DNA of 64,000 bases from Candidatus Geohabitans tengchongensis (GCA_031459625.1 JAVKIH010000014.1:1-64000), one strand, 5' to 3'. Shown: positions 46,218 through 57,439, counted from the first letter of the stretch. Notes: generated from the sequence alone by a model not told the origin. Made by a program: numbers and translations.

Positions 46218-47068
46218 CGTCCCCCCCGCGATTCCATACCCCGATGCCTGGGGACCGAGACCGCCGGAGGCTGGCAGCGAGGACAGAAGACGGTCCCTCG
46301 CCCGCCGAGCCGCACGACCGCGAGGCGTCCCCGGCACCGGGGGCAGGATCCCGCCCGATCCCGCACCCGCAGGAGGTCACCCGCCGGCTCCCCCTCCCGC
46401 ATCCCCGCCCGCACCGCGCGGCCAAGGACGCGGCGAATCGCCTGGTGGAGTCGACGGATCTCCGCAGGCCCCAGCTGCTCCACCCGTCGGGCTGGGTGGA
46501 GCCGCGCCTGGAAGAGGATCTCGTCAGCATAGATATTCCCGATGCCGGCGATCAGGTCCTGGCGCAGCAGCAGGGGCTTGAGCGTGCCGCGCCGGCCCCG
46601 CAGGAGCGCGCGCAGCCGCGCCGGCGTGAGGGCCCGGCCGAGCGGCTCAAGCCCGAGCGGCCCCAGGGAGGCCTGCACGCGGCCGTCTGGCAGGAGGTCG
46701 ACGTGGCCGAACCGCCGCTGGTCCACGAAGCGCAGCTCCTCCTCTCCATCGAGGGCCAGGGCCAGCCGCGTGTGCGGAGGCCGGGGCTCCCGGCGCGGGG
46801 CCACGATCAGGTCCCCGGTCATGCGCAGGTGCACCGCCAGCACGTCCCCGCCCTCGAGGGACAGGAGGAGGTACTTGCCGCGGCGGCCGACGCGGGTCAC
46901 CCGCCGGCCGCGCACCTGCCTGGCGAAGGTCTCGCGGTCGGGCGAGCGGACCGCCAGCCGGCCGGCAGGGGTCGGCGGGGCCAGGTAGGCCAGCCCCTCG
47001 ATCCGCCGGCCCACCAGCCGCGGCCGCAGCCTGCGGGCGACCACCTCGACGTCGGGGAGTTCCGGCAT
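46214..47068 (-). CDS. mutM: Formamidopyrimidine-DNA glycosylase
   Basis: [28 protein letters not shown]-terminal Zn finger. Confidence 0.96.
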   Translation of the reverse strand: MPELPDVEVVARRLRPRLVGRRIEGLAYLAPPTPAGRLAVRSPDRETFARQVRGRRVTRVGRRGKYLLLSLEGGDVLAVHLRMTGDLIVAPRREPRPPHTRLALALDGEEELRFVDQRRFGHVDLLPDGRVQASLGPLGLEPLGRALTPARLRALLRGRRGTLKPLLLRQDLIAGIGNIYADEILFQARLHPARRVEQLGPAEIRRLHQAIRRVLGRAVRAGMREGEPAGDLLRVRDRAGSCPRCRGRLAVVRLGGRGTVFCPRCQPPAVSVPRHRGMESRGGR

Positions 47069-47147
47069 CGCCTCCGGTCGAGGGGGGATCCGGGCCCCAG
47101 CGGTGCCGCTGGGCCGGCCTTCCGGTATGCGTGGCCGGGCGCGGGCC

Positions 47148-48005
47148 TCAGGCCTGCGCCGTGTAGACGGCCACGATGCCGCCGGCCAGGTCGCGTGCCC
47201 GGGGATCCTGAAACCCCGCCTCCCCCATCATCTTGAGCACCCCGGCCTGGTCGGGCCAGTGGCGCACCGAGACCGGCAGGTACAGGTAGGCGTCGGGGTG
47301 GCGGGAGACGAGCCGGCCGAGCGTGGCCAGCAGGGTGAAGGAGTAGAGGTCGTAGAGGGCCCGGAGCAGTGGACGACGGACGCGGGCAAACTCCAGGACG
47401 GCCAGGCGCCCGCCCGGACGCAGGACCCGCCGCAACTCCCGCAGTCCGGCCAGCGGGTCGGCCAGGTTGCGCAGCCCGAAGCCGACCGTCACCCCATCGA
47501 AGGTGGCATCGGGGAAGGGCAGGGTCAGGGCGTCGCCCACCAGGTAGGCGATAGAGGCCGCCGTTCCTCCTCCCGGGGAGGGCCGGGCGCCGTCCCCCTG
47601 CCGCCTCCGGCGCCTGGCCAGGCGGACCATCGGGGCGGCAAAGTCGACGCCGACCACCTGTCCCTGGGTGCCCACAGCCTCAGCCAGGAGCCGGGCCAGG
47701 TCGCCGGTGCCGCAGCAGACGTCCACGACGCGCGCGCCCGGGGGCGGGGCCAGGAGCCGTACCGTCTCCCGCTTCCACCGCCGGTGCAGCCCGACGCTGA
47801 TCACCGTGTTGGTCAGGTCGTACCGGGGGGCGATGGCGCTGAACATCACCCGCACGTAGGCGACCCGGGACTGCGGCGGGAGCAGGCGGCGGCCTGCAGC
47901 CAGGCCGGTCAGGGGCACGGGGGGCTGAGCGTCGTCGGCATGGACGGGGGTGGTGGTCGCTCCGGACCCCTGCCTGGGCTCAGTGGGCGGCGGTGGCTCA
48001 GGCAC
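47148..48005 (-). CDS. menG: Demethylmenaquinone methyltransferase (MenG/UbiE family)
   Basis: F..IA.RYD..N, DVCCGTGD, FGLRN, Y.YL..S; start uncertain. Confidence 0.88.
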   Translation of the reverse strand: MPEPPPPTEPRQGSGATTTPVHADDAQPPVPLTGLAAGRRLLPPQSRVAYVRVMFSAIAPRYDLTNTVISVGLHRRWKRETVRLLAPPPGARVVDVCCGTGDLARLLAEAVGTQGQVVGVDFAAPMVRLARRRRRQGDGARPSPGGGTAASIAYLVGDALTLPFPDATFDGVTVGFGLRNLADPLAGLRELRRVLRPGGRLAVLEFARVRRPLLRALYDLYSFTLLATLGRLVSRHPDAYLYLPVSVRHWPDQAGVLKMMGEAGFQDPRARDLAGGIVAVYTAQA

Positions 48006-48086
48006 GGCGCTTTGGTGGCCTCCCCCGGTGAAGAGCACACTCCCCACAGCATCCGGCGCCACCGCATGCTGGTCGGGAGGGGAGCC

Positions 48087-48161
48087 TGGTGGGCCCGCCT
48101 GGGGTCGAACCAGGAACCGGCGCCTTATGAGGGCGCTGCTCTACCCTTGAGCTACGGGCCC
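48087..48161 (-). tRNA. tRNA with CAT anticodon, probably tRNA-Ile2 (lysidine)
   Basis: GGGCCCGTAGCTCA...CTCATAA...CCCACCA; paired position 1:72 (not initiator); C4/C5 acceptor pattern; TATAAT upstream. Confidence 0.85.
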
Positions 48162-48237
48162 TCGCGGCCCATTATAACCCCCTTCCGGAGAAACAGGGTG
48201 CGCTCCTGGCGCAGACTACCGCCCGGGTCGGGTGGGC

Positions 48238-48774
48238 ATGTCCCAGGGCGAGATGGTGGCCGCCCTTCGCCGCGCCCTGCTCCTCGTCCTCCTCCTGACC
48301 GGCACCCTGGCCTCGTCTTGGGGCCCGGGCGTCCTCGGCACCGACACCCGGGTCCGCTACGCCCTGCCCGCCCGGCGGCCCGACGCCCGTGCCAATGTCG
48401 TCCTGGAGCAGCGGGTGATCGACCTGGTGAACCATGAGCGCACCCTCGCCGGCGTGCGCGCGCTCCTGCCCGATCCGGCGCTGCGGGAGAGCGCCCGGGC
48501 GCACGGCCGCGAGATGTTCACCTTCGGCTACCTCTCCCACTACTCCCTGGACGGCCGGTCGGTCCGCGACCGGCTGGCCGCCGCAGGAGTGCGGGTCACG
48601 CTGGTGGGGGAGAACCTGGCCTACGCCACGGACGTGCTGGCGGCCCATCAGGCGCTCATGGCCAGCCCCGCGCACCGCCGCAACATCCTCTCGCCGGTCT
48701 GGCGGGTGATCGGCGTCGGGGTCCTCGACGGCGGCGAGGACGGCGTCATCGTCGTCCAGGCCTTCGCCCGCTGA
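48238..48774 (+). CDS. Secreted CAP/SCP domain protein
   Basis: Signal peptide; VN.ER, H..EM, GENLA, SPAHRRNIL, GVGV. Confidence 0.9.
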   Translation: MSQGEMVAALRRALLLVLLLTGTLASSWGPGVLGTDTRVRYALPARRPDARANVVLEQRVIDLVNHERTLAGVRALLPDPALRESARAHGREMFTFGYLSHYSLDGRSVRDRLAAAGVRVTLVGENLAYATDVLAAHQALMASPAHRRNILSPVWRVIGVGVLDGGEDGVIVVQAFAR

Positions 48775-48775
48775 T

Positions 48776-49525
<750 letters not shown>

Positions 49526-49553
49526 CGGTGACCCCCGCTTTCGCCGGAGGGCT

Positions 49554-50372
49554 CTACCGCCACGCCACCCGCCCGGGGAGCGCCACCAGCAGCACCACCA
49601 TCACGGTGACCACCGCGGCCACGAGGTCGCGGGCGCCGAAGCGCAGCTCCCGCATCCGCGTCCGCCCCTCCCCGCCGCGGTAGCCCCGCGCCTCCATCGC
49701 CAGGGCCAGCTCGTCGGCCCGGCGGAAGGCGCTGACGAAGAGCGGCACCAGGATCGGCAGGAGGGCCCGGGCCCGCTGGACCAGGTTGCCCCGCCCGAAC
49801 TCCGCCCCGCGGGCCATCTGCGCCTTCATGATGCGCTCCGCCTCCTCCAGGAGCGTGGGGATGAAGCGCAGGGCGATGGACATCATCATCGCCAGCTCGT
49901 GGCCGGGCACGCCCACCCGGCGGAAGGGGCGCAGCAGCCGCTCCATCCCGTCGGTCAGCTCCATGGGCGAGGTCGTGTAGGTGAAGAGCGAGGTGACGAC
50001 GACCAGGAGGAGCAGGCGCAGCCCCACGAAGACGGCCCGCGTGACCGCCTCGACGGTGAGCACCACCGGCCCCATCCGCAGGAGCACCCGGCTCCCCGTC
50101 GTCCCGCTGAAGAGCAGGTTGAGCAAGACGGTGAGGAGGAGCAGGAAGAGCACCGGGCGCAAGCCGGCCAGCACGGTGCGCGGCGGGATGCGGCTCACCA
50201 GGATGAGCCCCGCCACGACCGCGGCGAAGAGGGCGTGGCCGAGGAAGGTCCCCACCAGGAAGACCGCCACCGTGAGCACCGTCGTGGCCAGGATCTTCGT
50301 GCGCGGGTCGAGGCGGTGCACCGCGCTGTCGCGCGGCAGGTACTGGCCGATGGGCACGGCGCGCAGGGCCAC
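49554..50372 (-). CDS. ecfT: ECF transporter transmembrane component
   Basis: LDPRTK, ALRFIP, AQMARG, AMEARGY. Confidence 0.96.
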   Translation of the reverse strand: MALRAVPIGQYLPRDSAVHRLDPRTKILATTVLTVAVFLVGTFLGHALFAAVVAGLILVSRIPPRTVLAGLRPVLFLLLLTVLLNLLFSGTTGSRVLLRMGPVVLTVEAVTRAVFVGLRLLLLVVVTSLFTYTTSPMELTDGMERLLRPFRRVGVPGHELAMMMSIALRFIPTLLEEAERIMKAQMARGAEFGRGNLVQRARALLPILVPLFVSAFRRADELALAMEARGYRGGEGRTRMRELRFGARDLVAAVVTVMVVLLVALPGRVAWR

Positions 50373-51247
50373 TAGCGCTCCTCCTCCCCCGGCGCGGGCG
50401 GGGTCCCCAGCACCCGCAGGATCTCGTCGCGCGCCTCGGCCACGGTGAGGGCGTCGACGCGCACGGCCAGCCCGCGCCGCCGCAACCCCCGCAGGACCTG
50501 CGCCGGCTGGGGGATGTCCAGGTCGAGAGCCACCAGCTCGTCCGCGCGGGCGAAGACCTCCCGCGTCGGGCCGTCCATCACCACCTGCCCCGCCGCCAGC
50601 ACCACCACCCGCTCGGTCAGGCGGGCCACCTCGTCCATGTTGTGGGTGATGAGGACCAGGGTGAGGCCGCGGCGCCGGTGCAGGGCCTCCACCAGGTCGA
50701 GCAGCTCCGCCTTCCCCTGCGGGTCGAGCCCGGCCGTGGGCTCGTCCAGGATGAGCGTCTGCGGCTCCATGGCCAGCACCCCGGCCAGCGCCACGCGGCG
50801 CATCTCCCCGCCGGAGAGGGCGAAGGGGGAGCGGGGACCGAAGACCGCCGGGTCGAGGCCCACGAGGCGCAGGGCCTCCGCGGCCCGCGCCCGGGCCTCA
50901 TCGGGCGCGAGCCCCAGGTTGCGCGGGCCGAAGGCCACGTCCTCCAGGACCGTCTCCTCGAAGAGCTGGTACTCCGGGTACTGGAAGAGCAGGGCCACCC
51001 GCTGGCGGATGCGCCGCTGCTGCACCTCCGGCGCAAAGATGTCCACGCCGTCCACCTCGACGCGCCCCCGGGTGGGGCGGATGAGGGCGTTGAAGGTCTG
51101 GACGAGCGTGGACTTCCCCGAGCCGGTAGGGCCGATGAGGCCCAGGCGCTGCCCGTCGGGGATCTCCAGGGAGATCCCCCGCAACGCCTCGGTAGCCATG
51201 GGGGTGCCGGCCAGGTAGGTGTGGTGGACGTCGACGACGCGGATCAC
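50372..51247 (-). CDS. ecfA2: ECF transporter ATPase A2
   Basis: GPTGSGKST, FQYPEYQLF, LSGGEMRRVA. Confidence 0.95.
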   Translation of the reverse strand: MIRVVDVHHTYLAGTPMATEALRGISLEIPDGQRLGLIGPTGSGKSTLVQTFNALIRPTRGRVEVDGVDIFAPEVQQRRIRQRVALLFQYPEYQLFEETVLEDVAFGPRNLGLAPDEARARAAEALRLVGLDPAVFGPRSPFALSGGEMRRVALAGVLAMEPQTLILDEPTAGLDPQGKAELLDLVEALHRRRGLTLVLITHNMDEVARLTERVVVLAAGQVVMDGPTREVFARADELVALDLDIPQPAQVLRGLRRRGLAVRVDALTVAEARDEILRVLGTPPAPGEEER

Positions 51248-52116
51248 GCCGGCGCGCGCCCCGCCCGCTCCGCCGCCGCCGCCAGGGCGGCCACCAGCTC
51301 CTCCACGGTAAGGGGCGGCCCGTCCAGCGCCACCCCCGCGGCGCGCAGCGCCCAGCCCAGCTCCAGGACGGGTGGGGGGACCAGCCGCAGCCGCCGCAGC
51401 GCCTCGGGGTCGGCGAAGACCTCGCGCGGGGGACCGGCGCGCGCGATGCGCCCCCCGTCCAGGACCACGACCCGGTCCGCCCGCACCGCCTCCTCCATGT
51501 GGTGGGTGATGTGCACGACTGCGATCCCGGCCGCCTCCCGCAGGCGGCGCACCGTGGCCAGGACCTCGGCCCGCCCCCGCGGGTCGAGCATGGCGGTGGC
51601 CTCATCCAGCACGATGCACTGGGGCCGCATAGCCAGAATCCCGGCGATGGCCACGCGCTGCTTCTGGCCGCCGGAGAGGAGGTGAGGCGCGTGGCGCCGG
51701 TAGGGGAGCATCTCCACGACGCGCAGGGCCTCGTCGACCCGCCGCCGGATCTCCGCCGGGGGGAGCCCGAGGTTCTCGGGGCCGAAGGCCACGTCCTCCT
51801 CCACGACCGTGGCCACGAGCTGGTTGTCAGGATTCTGGAAGACGAGCCCCACGCGCTGCCGGACGGCCCACACCGTCTCCGGGTCCCGCGTGTCGAGCCC
51901 ATCTACCACCACGCGCCCGGCGGTGGGGCGCAGCAGCGCGTTCAGGCAGCGGGCCAGGGTGGACTTGCCGGAGCCGTTGGGCCCGACCACGGCGAGGTAC
52001 TCCCCCCGCCGCACCGTGAGGGAGACCCCGGCCAGGGCCGGACGCGCCTCGGGCGTGCCCGCATGGTAGGTGTAGACGAGGTCCTCGACCTCGATGAGGG
52101 GAGGCTCAGCGCTCAG
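51244..52116 (-). CDS. ecfA1: ECF transporter ATPase A1 (probable CTG start)
   Basis: GPNGSGKST, FQNPDNQ, LSGGQKQR; frame extends upstream of the ORF-track start with LIEVEDLVYTY. Confidence 0.93.
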   Translation of the reverse strand: MSAEPPLIEVEDLVYTYHAGTPEARPALAGVSLTVRRGEYLAVVGPNGSGKSTLARCLNALLRPTAGRVVVDGLDTRDPETVWAVRQRVGLVFQNPDNQLVATVVEEDVAFGPENLGLPPAEIRRRVDEALRVVEMLPYRRHAPHLLSGGQKQRVAIAGILAMRPQCIVLDEATAMLDPRGRAEVLATVRRLREAAGIAVVHITHHMEEAVRADRVVVLDGGRIARAGPPREVFADPEALRRLRLVPPPVLELGWALRAAGVALDGPPLTVEELVAALAAAAERAGRAPA

Positions 52117-52143
52117 GGTGCGGGCCTCCGGCCCCCGCTGCGG

Positions 52144-52500
52144 CTACTTCGGGACCAGCTCCACCACCGCCAGGGGGGCGTTGTCCCCGCGGCGGGTGCG
52201 CGTCCGTACCACGCGCGTGTACCCGCCCCGGGCGGCCGAATAGCGGGGGGCGACCTCGCTGAAGAGGCGGCGCAGGGCCTGCGGGTCGGTGAGGATGCGG
52301 CGGGCCTGCCGCCGGGCGTGGAGATCGCCCCGGGCGGCCAGGGCGATGAGGCTGTCGGCGATCTTCTTCGTCTCCTTCGCCTTGGCCACCGTGGTCTCGA
52401 CGCGCTCGTGCAGGATCAGGGCGCCGACGAGCTGGCGGAAGAGCGCCGCCCGCTCCCCCGTGTCCCGGCCCAGCTTCCGTCCCTTGGCCCCCCAGCCCAT
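52144..52500 (-). CDS. rplQ: 50S ribosomal protein L17
   Basis: RKLGR, TT..KAKE, GGYTR, R.GD.A. Confidence 0.97.
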   Translation of the reverse strand: MGWGAKGRKLGRDTGERAALFRQLVGALILHERVETTVAKAKETKKIADSLIALAARGDLHARRQARRILTDPQALRRLFSEVAPRYSAARGGYTRVVRTRTRRGDNAPLAVVELVPK

Positions 52501-52527
52501 CCTCCCAACCTCCACGCCGCCGTGCGG

Positions 52528-53484
52528 CTACTCCCGCTGCCGGAGCGACAGCCCGATGGCCGCCAGCTTCTCCTTGACCTCGTCCAGCGACTTCCGCCCG
52601 AAGTTCTTGACGTTCACGACCTCCTCCTCGGTGCGGGAGGCCAGGTCCCCCACGGTGTTGATGCCGGCGCGCTTGAGGCAGTTGTAGGGACGGACGGAGA
52701 GGTCGAGCTCCTCGATGGGCATGCTGTAGAGGCGGGCCAGCTCGCTGTCGCTGCCGGCGTCGCCGCCGGCCCCGCCCTCCTCGTCGGCCAGGCCGGCGAA
52801 GAGCTTGAAGAAGTCGATCAGGATGCGGGCGGCCTGCTGCACCGCCTCCTCCGGGCGGACCGAGCCGTCGGTCCAGACCTCCAGGACCAGCCGGTCGAAG
52901 TCGGTGGCCTGCCCGACGCGGGTGTCCTCGACGACGTAGTTCACCTTCTGCACCGGGGAGAAGATGGAGTCCACCGGGATGACGCCGATGACGTGCTCGC
53001 TCTTGCGGTGGCGCTCCGCCGGGACGTAGCCCTTGCCGCGCTCGACCATGATCTCCATGGCCAGGCGGGCGTCCCGCCGGTCCAGCGTGGCCAGGTGCAG
53101 GTCCGGGTTGAGGATCTCCACCTCGCTGTCGGCCTGGATGTCCCCGGCGGTCACGTCCCGCTTACCCGTCACCTCCAGGCGGAGGAGCTTGGGCTTGTCC
53201 GTGTGCAGCCGCAGCGTCAGCTCCTTGAGGTTGAGGATGATCTGCGTGACGTCCTCGACGACGCCCGGCACCGTGGTGAACTCGTGCAGCACGCCCTCGA
53301 TCTTCACCGAGGTGACGGCCGCGCCGGAGATGGAGGAGAGGAGCACCCGGCGCAGGGCGTTGCCCAGGGTGACGCCGAAGCCACGCTCCAGCGGCTCCAC
53401 GACGAACTTGCCGTAGGTGTCCGAGAGCTCGGCGTACTCCACCTTCGGCTTGGTCGGCACGTCCCAGATCGATGCGATGCTCAT
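52528..53484 (-). CDS. rpoA: RNA polymerase alpha subunit
   Basis: EPLERGFG.TLGNALRRVLLS, NFGRKSL. Confidence 0.99.
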   Translation of the reverse strand: MSIASIWDVPTKPKVEYAELSDTYGKFVVEPLERGFGVTLGNALRRVLLSSISGAAVTSVKIEGVLHEFTTVPGVVEDVTQIILNLKELTLRLHTDKPKLLRLEVTGKRDVTAGDIQADSEVEILNPDLHLATLDRRDARLAMEIMVERGKGYVPAERHRKSEHVIGVIPVDSIFSPVQKVNYVVEDTRVGQATDFDRLVLEVWTDGSVRPEEAVQQAARILIDFFKLFAGLADEEGGAGGDAGSDSELARLYSMPIEELDLSVRPYNCLKRAGINTVGDLASRTEEEVVNVKNFGRKSLDEVKEKLAAIGLSLRQRE

Positions 53485-53533
53485 GCCTGCCTCCCCCGCT
53501 CGGTGCGGCGGCCGGGGCTGGCGCCCGCCCCGC

Positions 53534-54157
53534 TCACCGCGAGTAGTACTCGACGATCAGCTGCTCCTGGACCGGCACGTCGATCTCTTCCCGCGCCGGC
53601 AGCGCCAGCACGCGCCCCTCCAGCCGCTCCGGGTGCCACTCGAGCCAGGAGGGGACCGGCCGGGTGAGGGCGGCGGTCAGCTCCTTGATGCGCGGGTGCT
53701 CCCGCCCGGAGGGGGTCAGCCCCACCACCTCGCCGGGGCGGACCTGGTAGGAGGGGATCGTCACCTTCCGGCCGTTCACGGCGATGTGCCCGTGGGCGAC
53801 CAGCTGGCGCGCCTCCTTGCGGGAGGCGGCCACGCCCAGGCGGTAGACCACGTTGTCCAGCCGCGTCTCCAGCAGCTGGAGCAGCCGAGTGCCCGTAACC
53901 CCCTTGGCCCGGGCCGCCTGCTGGAAGTAGTTCTTGAACTGCGTCTCCAGCACGCCGTAGATGCGGCGCAGCTTCTGCTTCTCCCGCAGCCGGATGCCGA
54001 ACTCGCTGGGCTTGCGCCGGCTGGGCCCGTGCATTCCTGGCGGCGTGGGCCGCTTGTGCACCGGGCACTTCTCCGTGTAGCACTTCTCGCCCTTGAGGTA
54101 GAGCTTCATCCCCTCCCGGCGGCAGAGGCGGCAGACCGAGCCCGTGTACCGTCCCAT
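53534..54157 (-). CDS. rpsD: 30S ribosomal protein S4 (Zn-type)
   Basis: [29 protein letters not shown]. Confidence 0.99.
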   Translation of the reverse strand: MGRYTGSVCRLCRREGMKLYLKGEKCYTEKCPVHKRPTPPGMHGPSRRKPSEFGIRLREKQKLRRIYGVLETQFKNYFQQAARAKGVTGTRLLQLLETRLDNVVYRLGVAASRKEARQLVAHGHIAVNGRKVTIPSYQVRPGEVVGLTPSGREHPRIKELTAALTRPVPSWLEWHPERLEGRVLALPAREEIDVPVQEQLIVEYYSR

Positions 54158-54161
54158 GGCG

Positions 54162-54548
54162 CTATACCCGCCGGCGCTTGGGCGGCCGGCAGCCGTCGTG
54201 CGGGATGGGGGTGACGTCCTTGATCAGGCTGACCTCCAGCCCGGCGGCCTGGAGGGAGCGGATGGCCGCCTCGCGCCCGGCCCCCGGCCCGCGCACGTAG
54301 ACCTCCACCTGCCGCACCCCGTGCTCCATGGCCTTGCGCGCCGCTGACTCGGCGGCGAGCCCTGCGGCGAAGGGCGTCCCCTTGCGGGACCCCTTGAACC
54401 CCGCGGTCCCGGCGCTGGCCCAGGCCAGCACCTGCCCCTGGGGGTCGGTGATGGTCACGATGGTGTTGTTGAAGGTCGACTGGATGTGCGCGACGCCCGC
54501 CGGGACGTGCTTGCGCTCCTTGCGTCGACCGCGTGGCTTCTTCGTCAT
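54162..54548 (-). CDS. rpsK: 30S ribosomal protein S11
   Basis: [16 protein letters not shown]. Confidence 0.99.
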   Translation of the reverse strand: MTKKPRGRRKERKHVPAGVAHIQSTFNNTIVTITDPQGQVLAWASAGTAGFKGSRKGTPFAAGLAAESAARKAMEHGVRQVEVYVRGPGAGREAAIRSLQAAGLEVSLIKDVTPIPHDGCRPPKRRRV

Positions 54549-54661
54549 CCGCTCCTCCTCACCTCACGCTCCCGCCCGTGGGCGGCCCCTCACGCTCCCC
54601 GGCCCTGGACAGCCCACACCGCGCGCTGGTCGCCCGTGGGCGGGCCACCGCGCCGGCGCCG

Positions 54662-55057
54662 TCAGCGCCCCAGCCCGGTGGGGCTGGCCGCCTTGCGCCG
54701 CCCGGCCACCGTCTTCTTGGGGCCCTTGCGCGTGCGCGCGTTGGTCCGCGTCCGCTGCCCCCGCACGGGGAGGCCGCGGCGGTGGCGCAGGCCCCGGTAG
54801 GAGCCGATCTCCACCAGGCGGCGGATGTCCATGGCCACGTCGCGGCGCAGGTCCCCCTCGACCTTGAAGTGCCGGTCGATGTACTCGCGCAGCCGCGTGA
54901 CCTCGTCCTCGCTCAGGTTGCGCACCCGGGTGTCCGGGTTGACCCCGGTCGCCGCCAGGATCTGGCGGGCCCGGCTCAGCCCGATCCCGTAGATGTACGT
55001 CAGGGCCACCTCCACCCGCTTGTCCCGCGGCAGGTCCACCCCCGCGATCCGTGCCAT
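54662..55057 (-). CDS. rpsM: 30S ribosomal protein S13
   Basis: [21 protein letters not shown]. Confidence 0.99.
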   Translation of the reverse strand: MARIAGVDLPRDKRVEVALTYIYGIGLSRARQILAATGVNPDTRVRNLSEDEVTRLREYIDRHFKVEGDLRRDVAMDIRRLVEIGSYRGLRHRRGLPVRGQRTRTNARTRKGPKKTVAGRRKAASPTGLGR

Positions 55058-55148
55058 GGCTCCTCCGCTCCCTCCTCGCGCTGGCCTCCCGGGCCGCAGG
55101 CGCCCCGGCCCGGCTCCTCCCGCCGTGCCGACGGTCCCGGCGGCGCGA

Positions 55149-55262
55149 TCACCCCTGCTTCTGCTTGTGCTTCGGGTTCTCGCAGATGACGAGAACGCGC
55201 CGGCCGCGCCTGACGACCTTGCACTTCTCGCACATCCGCCGCACCGATGCCCGCACCTTCAT
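55149..55262 (-). CDS. rpmJ: 50S ribosomal protein L36
   Basis: MKVRASV..MCEKC...[10 protein letters not shown]. Confidence 0.98.
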   Translation of the reverse strand: MKVRASVRRMCEKCKVVRRGRRVLVICENPKHKQKQG

Positions 55263-55363
55263 GTCGCTCCCTCCGCCCGGACCCCGCCCGAATGCCCTCA
55301 CACCGCCACGCCCGCCGACCTCCCCGGGCCCCGTCCGTCCGGCAGGGGTGACGGCGGCCGCCG

Positions 55364-55582
55364 TCACCGATAGCGATAGGTGATCCGCCCGCGCGACGGG
55401 TCGTAGGGGGAGAGCTCCACCTTCACCCGGTCCCCCGGCAGGATGCGGATGAAGTTGATCCGCATCTTGCCGGAGATGTGCGCCAGGACCTTGTGCCCCG
55501 TGGGCAGCTCCACCCGGAACATCGCGTTGGGCAGGACCTCCGAGACCGTCCCCTCGACCTCGATCAGATCCTTCTTGGCCAT
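55364..55582 (-). CDS. infA: Translation initiation factor IF-1
   Basis: [23 protein letters not shown]. Confidence 0.99.
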   Translation of the reverse strand: MAKKDLIEVEGTVSEVLPNAMFRVELPTGHKVLAHISGKMRINFIRILPGDRVKVELSPYDPSRGRITYRYR

Positions 55583-55601
55583 CCGGCCTCCCCGGCGGCC
55601 C

Positions 55602-55928
55602 TCACGGCCGCGGCCCCTCCCCGCCCCGCGCCGTCCGCCCCGGCGTCCCGCCGGTGGGCGCGGGCGGCGCCAGCCGTTCCAGCGCGCTCCGGACCTCCTC
55701 GTCCCGCAACGGCTGCCCCGCCCGCAGCTTCTCGACGAGGTCCGGCGCCGGCCCGTGCAGGATCAGGTGACGCACGTTCTTCTTCTTCGGCCGGTCCATC
55801 CCCCGGCGCTGCCCGTCCGCCACCAGGACCATGTCGGCGCCCGCGGTGCCCACGACGACGTAGGTCCGGCCCCGGTCGCGGCCGGCCCGCGAGGTTACCA
55901 CCTGCCCCAGTAGCTCCTCCTGCGCCAT
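55602..55928 (-). CDS. KOW-domain RNA-binding protein (L14e-like)
   Basis: GQVV.S.AGRD.G, ADG..R...PKKKN..H; between map and infA. Confidence 0.9.
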   Translation of the reverse strand: MAQEELLGQVVTSRAGRDRGRTYVVVGTAGADMVLVADGQRRGMDRPKKKNVRHLILHGPAPDLVEKLRAGQPLRDEEVRSALERLAPPAPTGGTPGRTARGGEGPRP

Positions 55929-55940
55929 CTCGACACGAAC

Positions 55941-56711
55941 TTATAGTATACGCGCCTGCGCGACGGGCGTCCAGGTGAGGACGTCGGGCCCGTCCGCCCC
56001 CACCGCCACGGTGTGCTCGAAGTGGGCGGAGCGGCGGCGGTCCCGCGTCCGCACCGTCCACCCGTCCCGGGCCAGCCGCACCTCGGCCGTCCCCGCGTTC
56101 ACCATGGGCTCGACGGCCAGCGTCATCCCCCGGCGCAGCCGCAGCCCCGTCCCCGGGGTGCCGTAGTTGGGCACCTGGGGCTCCTCGTGGAGGGCGCGCC
56201 CGATCCCGTGCCCGGCGAAGTCCCGCACCACGGCGAACCCGGCCGCTTCCACCACCTGCTGGATGGCGAACCCCAGGTCCCCCAGGGTGCGCCCCTCCCG
56301 GGCCTCCCGGATGCCCGCCCACAGCGCCTCCTCCGCCACCGCCAGGAGCCGGGCGGTGAGGCGGTCGATCTCCCCCACCGCCACGGTGCGGGCCACGTCG
56401 CCGTGGAACCCGTCCAGCAGCACCCCCAGGTCGATGGAGACGATCGACCCCTCGCGCAGCGGGGTGCGGTCGGGGATCCCGTGGACCACCTCGTCGTCGA
56501 CCGAGAGGCAGATGGAGGCCGGGAACCCCCGGTAGTGCTTGAAGGAGGGGACCCCGCCGTGGTCGCGGATGAAGGTCTCGGCCAGGCGGTCGAGGGCCTC
56601 CCCGGTGATCCCCGGCCGGACCGCCCGCGCCACCTCGTCCAGCGCGGCCGCCGCCAGCTGGCCGGCCCGGCGCATCCGCTCGATCTCCTCCGGCGTCTTC
56701 AGGATCACCAT
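55941..56711 (-). CDS. map: Methionine aminopeptidase
   Basis: VVHGIP, GHGIG..LHEEP, EPMVN, SAHFEHT. Confidence 0.98.
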   Translation of the reverse strand: MVILKTPEEIERMRRAGQLAAAALDEVARAVRPGITGEALDRLAETFIRDHGGVPSFKHYRGFPASICLSVDDEVVHGIPDRTPLREGSIVSIDLGVLLDGFHGDVARTVAVGEIDRLTARLLAVAEEALWAGIREAREGRTLGDLGFAIQQVVEAAGFAVVRDFAGHGIGRALHEEPQVPNYGTPGTGLRLRRGMTLAVEPMVNAGTAEVRLARDGWTVRTRDRRRSAHFEHTVAVGADGPDVLTWTPVAQARIL

Positions 56712-56724
56712 GACCCGGCCGGTC

Positions 56725-57405
56725 TCACTCCCGCCCCCCGGCCGGCAGGCCGGCGTCGGACGGCGCCCGCAGGACCCGCTCCAGGCGGGCGTAGACCTCT
56801 TCCACCTCGCCTTCGGCGTCCAGGGCCGCATAGACGCTGCGCGCCCGGTAGAAGTCCACCACCGGGGTGGTCTGCTGGCGGTAGACCTCCACCCGCCGTC
56901 GCACCGCCTCGGGCCGGTCGTCCTCCCGCTGGTAGAGCGGGCTCCCGTCGACGTCGCACACGCCGGGGACGCGCGGCGGCCGGAACGCAACGTGGTAGAT
57001 GTGGCCGGCCGCCCGGCACACCCGGCGCCCGCTCACCCGCTCCACCAGCGTCTCCTCGCGCACCAGGAACTCCACCACCCGGTCGATCCGCCGCCCCTGC
57101 CGGGCCAGCGCCCGCTCCAGCGCCTCCGCCTGCGGGATGGTGCGGGGGAAGCCGTCCAGGATAAAGCCCGCACGCGCGTCCGGCTGGGCCAGGCGCTCCT
57201 CGACGATGCCGATCATCACCTCGTCGGGCACCAGCTCGCCCGCGTCCATGTAGCGGCGGGCCTCCAGGCCGAGCGGCGTCCCCGCCGCCGCCGCCTCCCG
57301 CAGCATGTCCCCCGTGGCGATGTGCGGGATCCCCCAGCGGGCCGCCACGAGGCGCGCCTGGGTCCCCTTGCCGGCGCCGTGCGGGCCGATGACGATGACG
57401 TTCAC
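56725..57405 (-). CDS. adk: Adenylate kinase
   Basis: GAGKGTQA, GDMLR, LDGFPR, QREDD. Confidence 0.98.
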   Translation of the reverse strand: MNVIVIGPHGAGKGTQARLVAARWGIPHIATGDMLREAAAAGTPLGLEARRYMDAGELVPDEVMIGIVEERLAQPDARAGFILDGFPRTIPQAEALERALARQGRRIDRVVEFLVREETLVERVSGRRVCRAAGHIYHVAFRPPRVPGVCDVDGSPLYQREDDRPEAVRRRVEVYRQQTTPVVDFYRARSVYAALDAEGEVEEVYARLERVLRAPSDAGLPAGGRE

Positions 57406-57439
57406 GCGCGGGACCCGGCGGGCACCGCGGGCGGGGCCG

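Noticed and set aside
48087..48161. Initiator tRNA-fMet
   Set aside because: It has a G1-C72 pair and lacks the three consecutive G-C anticodon-stem pairs; it fits Ile2 better.
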